64,000 bases of DNA from an uncultured Candidatus Saccharibacteria bacterium (GTDB lineage: Bacteria > Patescibacteriota > Minisyncoccia > Phycocordibacterales > Phycocordibacteraceae): NCBI GenBank assembly GCA_964546795.1, contig CAZJKG010000003.1:22305-86304 (forward strand), given 5' to 3'. The position numbers were made by a program, and so were the translations under genes. Of this stretch, positions 28,629 through 38,239 are shown one piece after another. A model generated the notes under the pieces. The model searched no databases. It was not told the DNA's origin and was given only the letters and a program-made list of their open reading frames with translations. Every line of letters begins with the position of its first letter. Position 1 is the stretch's first letter.

Positions 28629-28699
28629 CGGGCCGGAGTATGCCGGTAGTACACTTGCTTTGGGAGCAAGCAGACCGAGTTCAATTCTCGGCGGCCCGA
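28629..28699 (+). tRNA. tRNA-Pro (TGG)
   Basis: CGGGCCG/CGGCCCG acceptor, CTTGC-TTTGGGA-GCAAG, GTTCAATTC. Confidence 0.9.
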
Positions 28700-28703
28700 T
28701 AAT

Positions 28704-29846
28704 CTATGGTAGTTTGGCGGTTAAAATGGCTTCCAGTGCCGGTATTTGCGGCGCAAAGTCGTTGATGGCGGTCAGAGGGGTTTTGGCGAGCAGGAGATCG
28801 AGAGCTTCCCCCGTCTCGTTCGCATATTCGGCGCGAATATAGGATGCCGTAATGGCGTTCAGAGAGCGCGTATTGGTCGCGCCTTCGACCGTGCTGGTGG
28901 TGATAGTGCCGACGAGAGCTCCGGATGCGTCCGCAACCCCGCCGCCTGAAGAACCTTCCTGTGCAGCAGCCGAACCACCGAGTGCCAATACATCAATAGT
29001 GTTCGTCGCAAAGGTGAAAATATCTTTTACTGAACCGAAAACAACCGTTGGGAAAAGAAAATTCCGTATCTGATTTGACTCAAGGAATTGCGCGCCGTAT
29101 GAAGCGATGACGACCGGCGTGCCTGAAATGGAGGGCGTCGTAGCGAGTGGTACAAATGGGAATATGGTAGGAAGCGTTATGCTCGTAGCACTCTTCGAGA
29201 CGGCGAGAAGTGCGAAGTCATATTCACCGGTTCCACTTGGCAACGTCTCAATAATCGCATCTGCATTTGTTTTGAGCCATATGGGCGATATGTACAGAAG
29301 TGCGGCAGTGTAACTGTCCGTAGCGGGACTCCCCGAACGAATGATGCAGGAAACATTTCGGTCGGCGAGGAGAAAATGCTGTGCGATATGTGCATTAGTA
29401 AGAATGATGCCTTTGGGATCGATGAAAATGCCGCTGCCGCTAATGGAATGCAGCCCGTCTCCCGCAGACACATTACAGATGATATTCACGAGCGCGCTGC
29501 GCAACGCGGAGGCGGCGGCATCGAGCGCTGCGCTTCCGGATTGGGCGGTCACCGTTGGAACGGAAACTGGTTTTGCGATAGAAGATGTGGATGTAACTGG
29601 TGGGGAGGAAGCAGTACTTTTTTTCTTTGGAACAGGAGCGATGGATGCTGTCGTGCTTGTGGCGATATTCACTTCCGATGGAGGCGGAAGCGGAGAGGGA
29701 GGTGGTGCTACAGAAAGCGTTGGAGGGGATGTGGGGATGGTAGCTGTTGAAACAGGCAAAGTGGTGTGAGTGCTATAAAAAGCTGCGATAAAAATACCAA
29801 TAAAAAGGGCGGCCACGATGCCGAGATAGGACGCAAAATGATTCAT
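28704..29846 (-). CDS. Membrane-anchored trypsin-like serine protease
   Basis: N-terminal TM, Pro/Ser/Thr linker, GSGIFID..ILTNAHIA, YDFALL, EGSSGGG. Confidence 0.85.
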   Translation of the reverse strand: MNHFASYLGIVAALFIGIFIAAFYSTHTTLPVSTATIPTSPPTLSVAPPPSPLPPPSEVNIATSTTASIAPVPKKKSTASSPPVTSTSSIAKPVSVPTVTAQSGSAALDAAASALRSALVNIICNVSAGDGLHSISGSGIFIDPKGIILTNAHIAQHFLLADRNVSCIIRSGSPATDSYTAALLYISPIWLKTNADAIIETLPSGTGEYDFALLAVSKSATSITLPTIFPFVPLATTPSISGTPVVIASYGAQFLESNQIRNFLFPTVVFGSVKDIFTFATNTIDVLALGGSAAAQEGSSGGGVADASGALVGTITTSTVEGATNTRSLNAITASYIRAEYANETGEALDLLLAKTPLTAINDFAPQIPALEAILTAKLP

Positions 29847-29948
29847 TTGTATACGCTATCCTAAAAATGGTATTCTCGCACTACTTCGCTCCGTTAGGAA
29901 ACAGAGCTTCGAAGTGCACGGCACAGAGCGAAGTAGGGCTGGACGCGC

Positions 29949-30022
29949 GCGGGACTAGTTTAATGGTAGAACAGGAGGTTTCCAACCTCCTAGTGGGAGT
30001 TCGATTCTCCCGTCCCGCACCA
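29949..30022 (+). tRNA. tRNA-Gly (TCC), CCA encoded
   Basis: GCGGGAC/GTCCCGC acceptor, GGAGG-TTTCCAA-CCTCC, ends ACCA. Confidence 0.93.
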
Positions 30023-30302
30023 TTGAGGAAATTGCAAGTTTTGAAGGTTCACCTTGCTTCGCTCGGCGACCGAATCGTACGGAGTTTTCGGGGCAAAAAG
30101 AAATTTCCGATTCCATTAGAAGCAGAAAAGAAAAATCTTCATAAGGATTTGGGGGGTGAAATGCCCTGAAATAGGGCTGTTTTGTTATTTTCGCACAAAC
30201 CTTGACTTTTCATTTTAAATATGCTAAATTAGCGACAGAACGACGTTGAGTCATTATGGCTCAATTCGCACATTCCAAACAGAAAACAGAAAGGAGCAAG
30301 CT

Positions 30303-30914
30303 ATGAACAACGATTCGAAATGGGGCGATCCTCGGGATTGCCAAGTTGAGGCCTCCTTCAGCGGCGAGTACGTCAAGGAGGTCGAAGTTCCAGAGAGGCG
30401 CGTCCTTGGCTTTCTCGTGAGAGATGCTAGAAGGAAGAAGGTGACAGCGTACGGCGATATCTCGACAGACAAGGGCGATATCGTTCCTGACGATGTCGAA
30501 GCACACAGGAAGTTCCAGTATCGTTGTGGCCTCATCAAGGCAATCAATGTCTTCTCTGCTAGTGAGTCCACGGTGACGATGTATCTCGACGGTTTCCCCA
30601 ATGTCTTTCTCGATGTGGGAGACACCGAGTTCAGGTTCGATCCGCAACTCGAGAACGGTCCCGTCACCGAGATCACCTATCAAGGACATTGCACTCGACG
30701 TGGCAAGATGCCGCACGGACGAAGGGACATTTTCGCCTCTCTGATCTTCAAGGATCAGAACCAAATGAAGGAGTTCGTTGTGGCCACCACGACCACGCCT
30801 GATCCAAAGACCGAGACGGTATACAGATCATCTGGCTATCGAAGTTCGAACATGGGCTCGTCGCTCTGGCCTCTCGCCGCCGGAGTTCTCCTCGGTGTCA
30901 CGATAAGCGAATAG
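30303..30914 (+). CDS. Orphan hypothetical protein with C-terminal hydrophobic tail
   Basis: AAAGGAG SD, upstream TTGACT...TAAATT promoter, downstream terminator. Confidence 0.75.
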   Translation: MNNDSKWGDPRDCQVEASFSGEYVKEVEVPERRVLGFLVRDARRKKVTAYGDISTDKGDIVPDDVEAHRKFQYRCGLIKAINVFSASESTVTMYLDGFPNVFLDVGDTEFRFDPQLENGPVTEITYQGHCTRRGKMPHGRRDIFASLIFKDQNQMKEFVVATTTTPDPKTETVYRSSGYRSSNMGSSLWPLAAGVLLGVTISE

Positions 30915-30941
30915 AACGTCGTGAACCCGTCACACAGCCAC

Positions 30942-30980
30942 AGCCCACCATGTCTTCGGACCTCTGGTGGGCTTCTTTTT
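30942..30980 (+). terminator. Intrinsic terminator
   Basis: AGCCCACCA...TGGTGGGCT followed by TCTTTTT. Confidence 0.7.
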
Positions 30981-31136
30981 ATGAATTTAAAAGAACACAG
31001 GATTTTCCGCCAATCAAAGCATTTTCAATAATTCCAAATTGAAAAATGCTTTGGAAGTTATTCTTAACCCATTAGAAAAACTTGAAATTGTCAGTTCGGA
31101 CTAATTCAAGTATTCTGCACATGAGGTCTTGAAATG

Positions 31137-31172
31137 AAAACAACGTGGCGCCAGAGGCGCCACGTTGTTTTT
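31137..31172. terminator. Bidirectional terminator after hup
   Basis: AAAACAACGTGGCGCC-AGA-GGCGCCACGTTGTTTT. Confidence 0.75.
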
Positions 31173-31181
31173 GCGAACCAA

Positions 31182-31454
31182 CTATTTGACCGCGTCTTTT
31201 AACGCCTTTGCGGCGCGAAACTTCGCTGTGCGACTTGCGGCGATATGTATCGTCTCGCCCGTGCGGGGATTGCGGCCTTGACGTGCAGGACGCGCTTTCG
31301 TCGCGAAGATTCCGAGACCGGCGATGGACACCTCGTCTCCGGATTTGAGACCTGAAACGATTGAGTCGATGACCGTCTCGACGACGCGCTCGGCGTCGGC
31401 TTTTGTTGAACCGAGAACTCCGTGTACCTTATCAACAATGTCTGCTTTATTCAT
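31182..31454 (-). CDS. hup: DNA-binding protein HU
   Basis: MNKADIV, SIAGLGIF, ARQGRNPRTGE, FRAAKALKDAVK. Confidence 0.96.
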   Translation of the reverse strand: MNKADIVDKVHGVLGSTKADAERVVETVIDSIVSGLKSGDEVSIAGLGIFATKARPARQGRNPRTGETIHIAASRTAKFRAAKALKDAVK

Positions 31455-31481
31455 AAATAAGAGATGGTGAACCTAATAATG

Positions 31482-31601
31482 GGACGAACAGATTCGGAGC
31501 GCTTCTTCGTTGCGGGGCCATTCGGCTCCTTCGCCGTACGGCGGAGTACGTCTCCGTCGCCGAATCTCCCGCGCCTTGGATCGCACCAAATCTGTTCGTC
31601 C
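31482..31601 (+). repeat. Nested-hairpin element (CGTTG..CGTAC..GTACG..CGCCTTG family), copy B
   Basis: GGACGAACAGATT/AATCTGTTCGTCC termini; motifs shared with 22235-22358. Confidence 0.65.
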
Positions 31602-31699
31602 GTTGACTTCTGGTGTCGATAGCGCGGGGACGATAGAAAGTATAGGAAATGCGCCACATTACGCAATGGGGTTGCCAACATTGTATGAATAATGCGTAA

Positions 31700-33229
31700 T
31701 CACCTTGCAAATTCAACAACGCGGTTTTCGCGGATGATATTTACCTTGATCTCGCCGGGATATCGAACTTCTTCCTGTATGCGCGTCGCGATGTTGCGCG
31801 CAAGCTTATGCATCGCAACATCAGAGATCTTACCGGGATTCACAAAGACACGGATCTCTCGTCCGGCCGAAATAGCATAGACCTTTTCAACGCCTTCAAA
31901 GGTGCTGGCGAGGCGTTCCAGGTCGCCAAGACGTTCAAGATAACGGTCGACCGTATCGCGACGCGCACCCGGACGGCCGCCTGAAATAGCGTCGGCCGCT
32001 TGCACGATAACCGCTTCGGGCGTTTCGTACGGATACTCTTCATGATGCGACTGCATGGCGAGAATAATCCGCTTATCAACGCCGAATTTCTCCAAGATAC
32101 GGCGTCCGATCTCGACATGCGTGCCTTGCACTTCGTGATCAACCGCTTTCCCGATATCATGCAGGAGAGCACCAGCACGCGCGATGACTGGATCGGCACC
32201 AATCTCCATCGCGAGCATGCCGGCGATATGCGCCATCTCAATGGAGTGCTGAAGTACATTCTGACCGTAGCTAGTACGGAAATTAAGACGTCCAAGAAGT
32301 GCAGTGAGTTTGGGGTCGAGGCCGATGACGCCGGCCTCATACGCCGCGGCCTCGCCTTTCTGCTTCACGATATCGGCGACCTCGACACGCGTCTTCTCCA
32401 CGGTTTCCTCTATCTTTGCCGGCTGAATGCGACCGTCGGCAATGAGTTTTTCCAGCGCGATTTTCGCGATGGCGCGGCGAAGGGGATCGAAAGAGGAGAG
32501 TGTAATTCTGTCAGGTACATCGTCGATGAGAACATCGACACCGGTCGCACGCTCAAAGGCCTTGATATTCCGGCCTTCCTTGCCGATTATTTTTCCCTTC
32601 ATCTCTTCCGAGGGAAGTGTTACCGAGAGGGACATGACCTCGGTGTTGACCGCATTTGCGAGGCGGTGAATGACGGAGGTGAGAATGGCGCGCGCTTTAT
32701 CCTCAAGGCGCTCGCGGCCGTTTGCTTCGAGTTTTTGAAGTCGTAGAAGAATAGCTTCTTCATGAGTGCGTTCAAGCTCGGAGAAGAGTTCTTCGCGCGC
32801 CGATGCTTCCGAGAGGTGCGCGACTTTCGCGAGTTCCTTTGAACGTTCCTTGGAGAGATCCTCCGCGATACCTTTTGCGCGCAGTGCCTCCTGTTCGCGT
32901 CCTCGCACCTCGGACTCTTTCTCATCAAGATCGCGCTGACGGGAATCAAGAAATTCCTCTCGCGAAGCGATACGTTCCTCCCGTGACGAAAGTTTTTCTT
33001 CGCGTTCCTCTACGGGTGCGAGACGCTCTGTCTCAAGGACCGCGCTCCTGTATTCCGCATCGGCCAGTATTTTTGCCGCCTGCTCTTTTGCGGTGAGCAT
33101 CTTCTGCTTAATGTCGAGTTCTACCGAACCGCGCTGTGCGAGACCGATGAGAACGCGCAGCACGTAGCCGAGCACGATACCGCCCACACCCGAAAGCGCG
33201 AGCATTATCAATATGATTTTGAGTGACAT
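31700..33229 (-). CDS. rny: Ribonuclease Y
   Basis: N-terminal TM, coiled coil, KH (KGKIIGKEGRNI), HD (LLHDIGK), DAISGGRPGAR. Confidence 0.97.
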   Translation of the reverse strand: MSLKIILIMLALSGVGGIVLGYVLRVLIGLAQRGSVELDIKQKMLTAKEQAAKILADAEYRSAVLETERLAPVEEREEKLSSREERIASREEFLDSRQRDLDEKESEVRGREQEALRAKGIAEDLSKERSKELAKVAHLSEASAREELFSELERTHEEAILLRLQKLEANGRERLEDKARAILTSVIHRLANAVNTEVMSLSVTLPSEEMKGKIIGKEGRNIKAFERATGVDVLIDDVPDRITLSSFDPLRRAIAKIALEKLIADGRIQPAKIEETVEKTRVEVADIVKQKGEAAAYEAGVIGLDPKLTALLGRLNFRTSYGQNVLQHSIEMAHIAGMLAMEIGADPVIARAGALLHDIGKAVDHEVQGTHVEIGRRILEKFGVDKRIILAMQSHHEEYPYETPEAVIVQAADAISGGRPGARRDTVDRYLERLGDLERLASTFEGVEKVYAISAGREIRVFVNPGKISDVAMHKLARNIATRIQEEVRYPGEIKVNIIRENRVVEFAR

Positions 33230-33346
33230 AATCCCGTATTGTTAACTCTGTTCCCCCAGAAGAGGCCAGCGTAAGGTTCTAAAAGAGGAGTTCCGGCAAA
33301 GCGATCGGATCAGTCGGGCGGATGAGCGGTACGGGCTGACTCTAAC

Positions 33347-33383
33347 ACAAAATCCCGCGTGATTGTGTTACGCGGGATTTTGT
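33347..33383. terminator. Terminator after clpP
   Basis: ACAAAATCCCGCGT...ACGCGGGATTTTGT. Confidence 0.7.
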
Positions 33384-33398
33384 CATATTTCTTGATTT

Positions 33399-34001
33399 CT
33401 AGCCGTAGACCTTATCAACGAGACCGTATTTCTTCGCCTCTTCTGCGGTCATGAAGAAGTCGCGCTCAACATCTTTTTCAACTTTCTGAAACGTCTGACC
33501 GGTATTCTTCGCGAGAATTTTATTGAGTCGTTCGCGGAGCTTGATGATCTGCTTCGCGGTGATTTCGATATCGGTCGCTTGACCCTCTGCGCCGCCGTGC
33601 GGCTGATGGATCATCACTTCGGCATTCGGGAGCGCGAAACGCTTACCTTTTTGTCCTGCGGAAAGGAGAATGGCTGCGCCGGAAGCCGCCATGCCGACAC
33701 ACACGGTCGAGACCGCGGGCTTCACATGATTCATAGTGTCAACCATCGCAAGTGTTGCTGTGACCGAACCGCCCGGAGAATTGATATAGAGCGAAATGTC
33801 TTTCTTTGGGTCCTCTGCCTCGAGGAAGAGGAGCTGTGCGATGACGAGATTCGCGACATCATCATCAATGGGCCCGCCGAGAAAAACGATGCGCTCCTTG
33901 AGGAGGCGTGAGTAAATGTCGTAGGCACGCTCGCCAAACTGACTCTTCTCGATGACCATTGGGATGAGCATTGAAGCGCGTGATTGAGTGTTCATTTTCA
34001 T
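33399..34001 (-). CDS. clpP: ATP-dependent Clp protease proteolytic subunit
   Basis: [31 protein letters not shown]. Confidence 0.97.
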   Translation of the reverse strand: MKMNTQSRASMLIPMVIEKSQFGERAYDIYSRLLKERIVFLGGPIDDDVANLVIAQLLFLEAEDPKKDISLYINSPGGSVTATLAMVDTMNHVKPAVSTVCVGMAASGAAILLSAGQKGKRFALPNAEVMIHQPHGGAEGQATDIEITAKQIIKLRERLNKILAKNTGQTFQKVEKDVERDFFMTAEEAKKYGLVDKVYG

Positions 34002-34024
34002 AAATATAAATAGATTTTTATGTT

Positions 34025-34252
34025 TTACTGTTCGGTCGAGGGCTCTATGGGAACATTCACCTCGGCAATCCTTTTGCCCCAGGAATAGAACGCGCCGATA
34101 ATAATCATGAGCACGATGATGATAATGGAGATGAGAGCGCCCCAGGACTGCGCTTTGGGAGATGGTGTTCCGAATTGCACGGATTGAGGCACGGCAGGCA
34201 TGTCGGTCCCAAACGTATTTTCGCTGGAAGGAAGAATCGGCTCGTTGTTCAT
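34025..34252 (-). CDS. Small membrane protein (75 aa)
   Basis: [24 protein letters not shown]; starts 1 nt after the ppa stop. Confidence 0.75.
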   Translation of the reverse strand: MNNEPILPSSENTFGTDMPAVPQSVQFGTPSPKAQSWGALISIIIIVLMIIIGAFYSWGKRIAEVNVPIEPSTEQ

Positions 34253-34253
34253 A

Positions 34254-34769
34254 TTATTTTGCATCATACATCTTTCGCGCGCGCTCATATGCGGTCTCGG
34301 CCGCTGAGCGTCCTTCAAAGTCGCCGACGACGACTTCTTTCTTCTGGATTTGCTTATAGGTCGCAAAAAAATGAGCGATTTCCTTCAACACATGCTGATT
34401 GGCATCTCCTATGTCATTCACGGAAGCATACCTCGGATCACCCACGGCGACCGCAATAATTTTCTCATCCGCTTCGCCGCCGTCGGTCATATGCATGATA
34501 CCGATGGGGCGGGCCGGAACGAGAATGCCGGGCGCAAGCGGATGCGTGGTGAACAGAACAACATCAAGAGCGTCGCCGTCATCCCAGAGCGTTTGTGGCA
34601 CAAAGCCGTAATCGAAGGGGTAGTCCTGCGCGCTATGGAGAACTCGGTCAAGTTTGATGACTCCCGTCTTCTTATCTATCTCGTACTTATTATGAGAGCC
34701 CTTTGGGATCTCGATGATGACGTTCATTTCTTCTTTCGTGCCCGGATCGATGTCATGCAATAAATTCAT
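34254..34769 (-). CDS. ppa: Inorganic pyrophosphatase (family I)
   Basis: IEIPKGSHNKYE, YPFDYGFVPQTLWDDGDALDV, DGGEADEKI. Confidence 0.96.
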   Translation of the reverse strand: MNLLHDIDPGTKEEMNVIIEIPKGSHNKYEIDKKTGVIKLDRVLHSAQDYPFDYGFVPQTLWDDGDALDVVLFTTHPLAPGILVPARPIGIMHMTDGGEADEKIIAVAVGDPRYASVNDIGDANQHVLKEIAHFFATYKQIQKKEVVVGDFEGRSAAETAYERARKMYDAK

Positions 34770-34885
34770 CCCGTTAGAAATAGAACGCAGACGCACCAGA
34801 AACGGCGCGGCCGAACCCTATCCGATTAAAACTGATAATTGAACCCGTTATCGGATGAATGACGCGTCCACGATTTCTAACGGGA
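34770..34885 (-). mobile_element. Start-codon-targeted hairpin element, copy 2 (at ppa)
   Basis: ATGAA-TCCCGTTAGAAAT...ATTTCTAACGGG-ATGAA. Confidence 0.82.
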
Positions 34886-34905
34886 TTCATAGTTCCGAGT
34901 ATACC

Positions 34906-36270
34906 TTATTCGTCTTTCGCTTTGTCGCGATCCTCTTCCGCATCGGCTGCGGTCTCATCAGAAGCCGGAAGTGCAGTTAACTCTTCCTCGGCGGGAAGTT
35001 CGGTTATCTGGGGGACTTCGTTGGTGATGATTTCAACACTCTCGGTTGGCATGATGCCTGCCGCTTCGGCAGGCGATGCATCATCGGTCGGAACAATCGC
35101 ATCGGATGTTGCCGACACAACTCCTTCGCCACCACCAGAAGAAACAATATCTATATTCCAGCCGGTGAGTTTCGCCGCGAGACGGACATTCTGTCCGCCG
35201 CGGCCAATAGCGAGCGATTGTTCATCCTCCGAGACGGTGACCGTTGCGCGATGATCATCTTCGTTCAATACCACCTCGATTGGGGTAGCGGGAGAAAGAG
35301 CTTCCTTCACGAATTCCTTCGCATCGGGATTCCACTCTATGATGTCGATGCGCTCGCCACCAAGCTCACTCATGACTGTCGACACGCGCACGCCGCGCTG
35401 ACCGACAAGTGAGCCAACCGGATCCACATGAGCATCGCGTGAGACAAGGGCAATCTTGGTGCGGCTGCCCGGTTCGCGGGCAAGCGCCTTAACCTCGATG
35501 GAGCCGGCGGCGAGTTCCGGTGCCTCCATTTCAAAGAGCTTCACCACGAACGAGGGGTGCGCGCGAGAAAGTCGAAGATATACGCCGCGAAATCCCTCAT
35601 CCACCGCGTACAGATAGGCGCGGATGCGCTCGCCCATGCGGTATCGCTCACCCGGGATCTGCTCCTCGTAGGGAATGATGCCGGTCGTGCGCCCGAGGTC
35701 CACGAAGATCGCGCCGCGTTCCATGCGCTGCACGATGCCGCCAACTATTTGGCCTTTTTTCTCGCCAAACTCCTCCATCATGGAAAGTTTTTCGGCCTCG
35801 CGTACTTTCTGGATAACCACCTGCTTGGCGGTCTGCGCCGCAATGCGGCCGAAATCGTCCTGTGGTTCGAGCGGGAAGATGATCTCTTCGCTCACTCCGA
35901 CTCCGCGTTTCATGCGTTTTGCGTCGTCAAGAAGAATATGTTTCTCCGGATCGAAGCGTGGCAATTCGCCCTCCGCAAGATGCTCTTCCTCGGTATGGAA
36001 TGCGTGAGAGTGCATGTGCTCCTTCACCGCTTCCTCATCGGGAGAAGGGAAGCGCACCGTCGTGTCATCCACTACGGTCTTCACTTGTTCAAAAGAAATA
36101 GTGCCGGTAGAGAGGTCGAGTTTCGCGCGTACGACCTGTCCGCGCTTTCCGTATTCGCGCTTGTAGGCAGTCGCCATCGCAACCTCGATGGCATCAACCA
36201 TCGTCTCGCGGGTAATACCACGATCTTCAAACTCTCCGAGCACTGCATTGATGGTCTTTAAATCAATCAT
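34906..36270 (-). CDS. nusA: Transcription elongation factor NusA
   Basis: FGRIAAQTAKQV, AREPGSRTK, VGQRGVRV, LAIGRGGQNVRLAAKLTGW. Confidence 0.98.
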   Translation of the reverse strand: MIDLKTINAVLGEFEDRGITRETMVDAIEVAMATAYKREYGKRGQVVRAKLDLSTGTISFEQVKTVVDDTTVRFPSPDEEAVKEHMHSHAFHTEEEHLAEGELPRFDPEKHILLDDAKRMKRGVGVSEEIIFPLEPQDDFGRIAAQTAKQVVIQKVREAEKLSMMEEFGEKKGQIVGGIVQRMERGAIFVDLGRTTGIIPYEEQIPGERYRMGERIRAYLYAVDEGFRGVYLRLSRAHPSFVVKLFEMEAPELAAGSIEVKALAREPGSRTKIALVSRDAHVDPVGSLVGQRGVRVSTVMSELGGERIDIIEWNPDAKEFVKEALSPATPIEVVLNEDDHRATVTVSEDEQSLAIGRGGQNVRLAAKLTGWNIDIVSSGGGEGVVSATSDAIVPTDDASPAEAAGIMPTESVEIITNEVPQITELPAEEELTALPASDETAADAEEDRDKAKDE

Positions 36271-36302
36271 ATGGAATATGTATGTCGCACTTTTTTAATA
36301 AG

Positions 36303-36361
36303 AAAGCCCCGTAGGGGCACCTCGTTAAGAGTAATGTAGCAAAGAAAATAAGTTGCGTCAA
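36303..36361 (-). promoter_or_regulatory. nusA promoter and leader hairpin
   Basis: TTGACG-17bp-TACATT then GCCCC-TAC-GGGGC-TTTCTT. Confidence 0.55.
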
Positions 36362-36401
36362 TCGTGGAGGGAGAGTAGGGTACAAACGGAAAGGAGGGGC
36401 T

Positions 36402-36836
36402 ATGCCTGATTATAGCGAATGGAAAATCAAGGACCATCAGTACTGGACACTGTTTCTGCATGGCGAAAGCCAGCGCTATCTCGGCCACTCTTATGCGTGG
36501 CTCAGACGATCGGTCAGGATGCAACGCTTGAGCGATCTTACGCATGAGGAATTGTACGAGCTGTGGAAGTTCATTCTCCCACAGTACGAAAGGGCTCTCG
36601 ACCGGCTCTGGTGTCCCGGCCTCATTAACTGCGCATGGTTGGGAAATGAATTTCATGTCCATGGAGGCCATGGACATATGCACCTCATCCCTCGGTACGA
36701 AAGCTCAGTTCCTTTCGCCGGACTCGAGTTTCGTGACGACGAGTGGGGTAAGCATTACGAACCGTATCCGAAACTCAAGCTGCCGCAGAGTACACTCTTC
36801 ACGATCCGTGATGCGCTTCGCAAGGAGCTTGCATGA
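36402..36836 (+). CDS. HIT-family hydrolase (orphan cassette)
   Basis: HGHMHLIPRY histidine triad; AAAGGAGG SD; downstream hairpin. Confidence 0.82.
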   Translation: MPDYSEWKIKDHQYWTLFLHGESQRYLGHSYAWLRRSVRMQRLSDLTHEELYELWKFILPQYERALDRLWCPGLINCAWLGNEFHVHGGHGHMHLIPRYESSVPFAGLEFRDDEWGKHYEPYPKLKLPQSTLFTIRDALRKELA

Positions 36837-36840
36837 AGAC

Positions 36841-36876
36841 GGGCGCGCCCCTCTTGGGCGCGCCCGGTTCCTTTTT
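36841..36876 (+). terminator. Terminator hairpin
   Basis: GGGCGCGCCC-CTCTT-GGGCGCGCCC followed by TTCCTTTTT. Confidence 0.6.
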
Positions 36877-36891
36877 ATCCCGTATCAGGGA

Positions 36892-37104
36892 TTAGAGATT
36901 TTGAAGATCCGTATCCAAGGCATCGAGGTCCGCATCACTCGTTTCTACCTGAATGCCTGACAAATCATCAGTAATGGCGGTCGTGGTGTCTTCTGTAGTC
37001 GGAGACGCAATCGTACTCGACTGGTCACTGGATGGGTTCCAAATCCATATGCCAAGGGCGATGAGGACGACGACGATAATGAAGATGATGAGATTGTTAT
37101 TCAT
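36892..37104 (-). CDS. Small membrane protein with acidic tail (70 aa)
   Basis: N-terminal TM, Asp/Thr-rich C-terminus. Confidence 0.75.
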   Translation of the reverse strand: MNNNLIIFIIVVVLIALGIWIWNPSSDQSSTIASPTTEDTTTAITDDLSGIQVETSDADLDALDTDLQNL

Positions 37105-37131
37105 AGATGAAAGATGATTAGATTGTACGCA

Positions 37132-38097
37132 TTATTGCGTTACGGTTTCGTTTGTTTCGCTTTGGGACTGAGTTTCTGTCGTTCCCGTTTCGGTAGTGGC
37201 TGGTGCGGCTGTTGACTGTGTATCAACCTCGTCAACGCCTTGGATGCTCGCAAGAGTGGTTGCTACGTTGTGTACCGCCTCCCGCGCATCTTTTACGGTC
37301 TGTTCAACCGCCTTCAAATCCGTCCGAAGGGCCTGTCGCGCGGCTCCAACATTCTCGCGAAGGGTCGCTTCATCCGTCACCGTAATAGGATAGGTCTTTG
37401 CGGTCTGGCTCTCAATAGCTGTTTTACTTGCCGCGATAGCCGCATCGGCTGAGATCAAGGCCGTTCGAACGGCGCTGACATCAAGCCCTCTGGCCGCCGC
37501 TCTTTCAATCCGCACATTTATTTTTTCTACAACAGCTCCGAGTTTTGTAAGAACTTCCGAGTAATGCTCAGTATATTTTGCATTTAGCTCATCAAGCCGT
37601 CCATCAATCTTTTCGACGGTCGCTTTTTTCTTTTCGTCCTTTATGCTTGCGAGACGATCTTTCAATTCTTGCTTCTTCGCGTCTACACGCTCCTTCAACT
37701 CCTTCTTTGAATCCTCGAGTTTCTGTTTGAACTCTGCCATTCTTTGTTCTTGTGCCGCTCTAATCTCCATTCGTTTTGCTTCAATTTGCGCTCTGTCTCC
37801 TGTTGCTTTGACACTTTCCATTTCCGCGCGCGCGGCATCACGAAGTTCCTTTACGTCTGTCTTTATTTCCTGCTTTGTGTTCTTCAATTCTTCGCGTGCG
37901 CTCTTTTGCACATCTTTCATTTCCTCTTTCATTTGTTTGCGAGCATCCTGAACATCTTGTCGGACATTTTCTGCTTCCAGGCGCACGACCGGTTTTATAG
38001 GCGGAGGAACGGATGTGGTTTCCTGTGCGAACGCCGGCACCGCTATTGCGAGGGAAGCTGTTGCAACGGCGATTTTTAACAAAAGATTTTCTTTCAT
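37132..38097 (-). CDS. Secreted coiled-coil protein
   Basis: Signal peptide PAFA-Q; long K/E-rich helical region. Confidence 0.82.
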   Translation of the reverse strand: MKENLLLKIAVATASLAIAVPAFAQETTSVPPPIKPVVRLEAENVRQDVQDARKQMKEEMKDVQKSAREELKNTKQEIKTDVKELRDAARAEMESVKATGDRAQIEAKRMEIRAAQEQRMAEFKQKLEDSKKELKERVDAKKQELKDRLASIKDEKKKATVEKIDGRLDELNAKYTEHYSEVLTKLGAVVEKINVRIERAAARGLDVSAVRTALISADAAIAASKTAIESQTAKTYPITVTDEATLRENVGAARQALRTDLKAVEQTVKDAREAVHNVATTLASIQGVDEVDTQSTAAPATTETGTTETQSQSETNETVTQ

Positions 38098-38239
38098 AAA
38101 TGATTAATGAGTGTTAATTATTTCGTTTTATTGACCCTGTAAGTGTATCTTCCGCTGTCTCTGTATGTCAATGACTGGTTATGCAGGTAGGTGATAATAC
38201 ACCCTTAGCAGGGCCAAGGCACGCTATACTTTAGCGCAT

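Noticed and set aside
29949-31100. tRNA-Gly(TCC)-anchored genomic island
   Set aside because: An orphan gene follows, but no direct repeat of the tRNA 3' end and no integrase were found.
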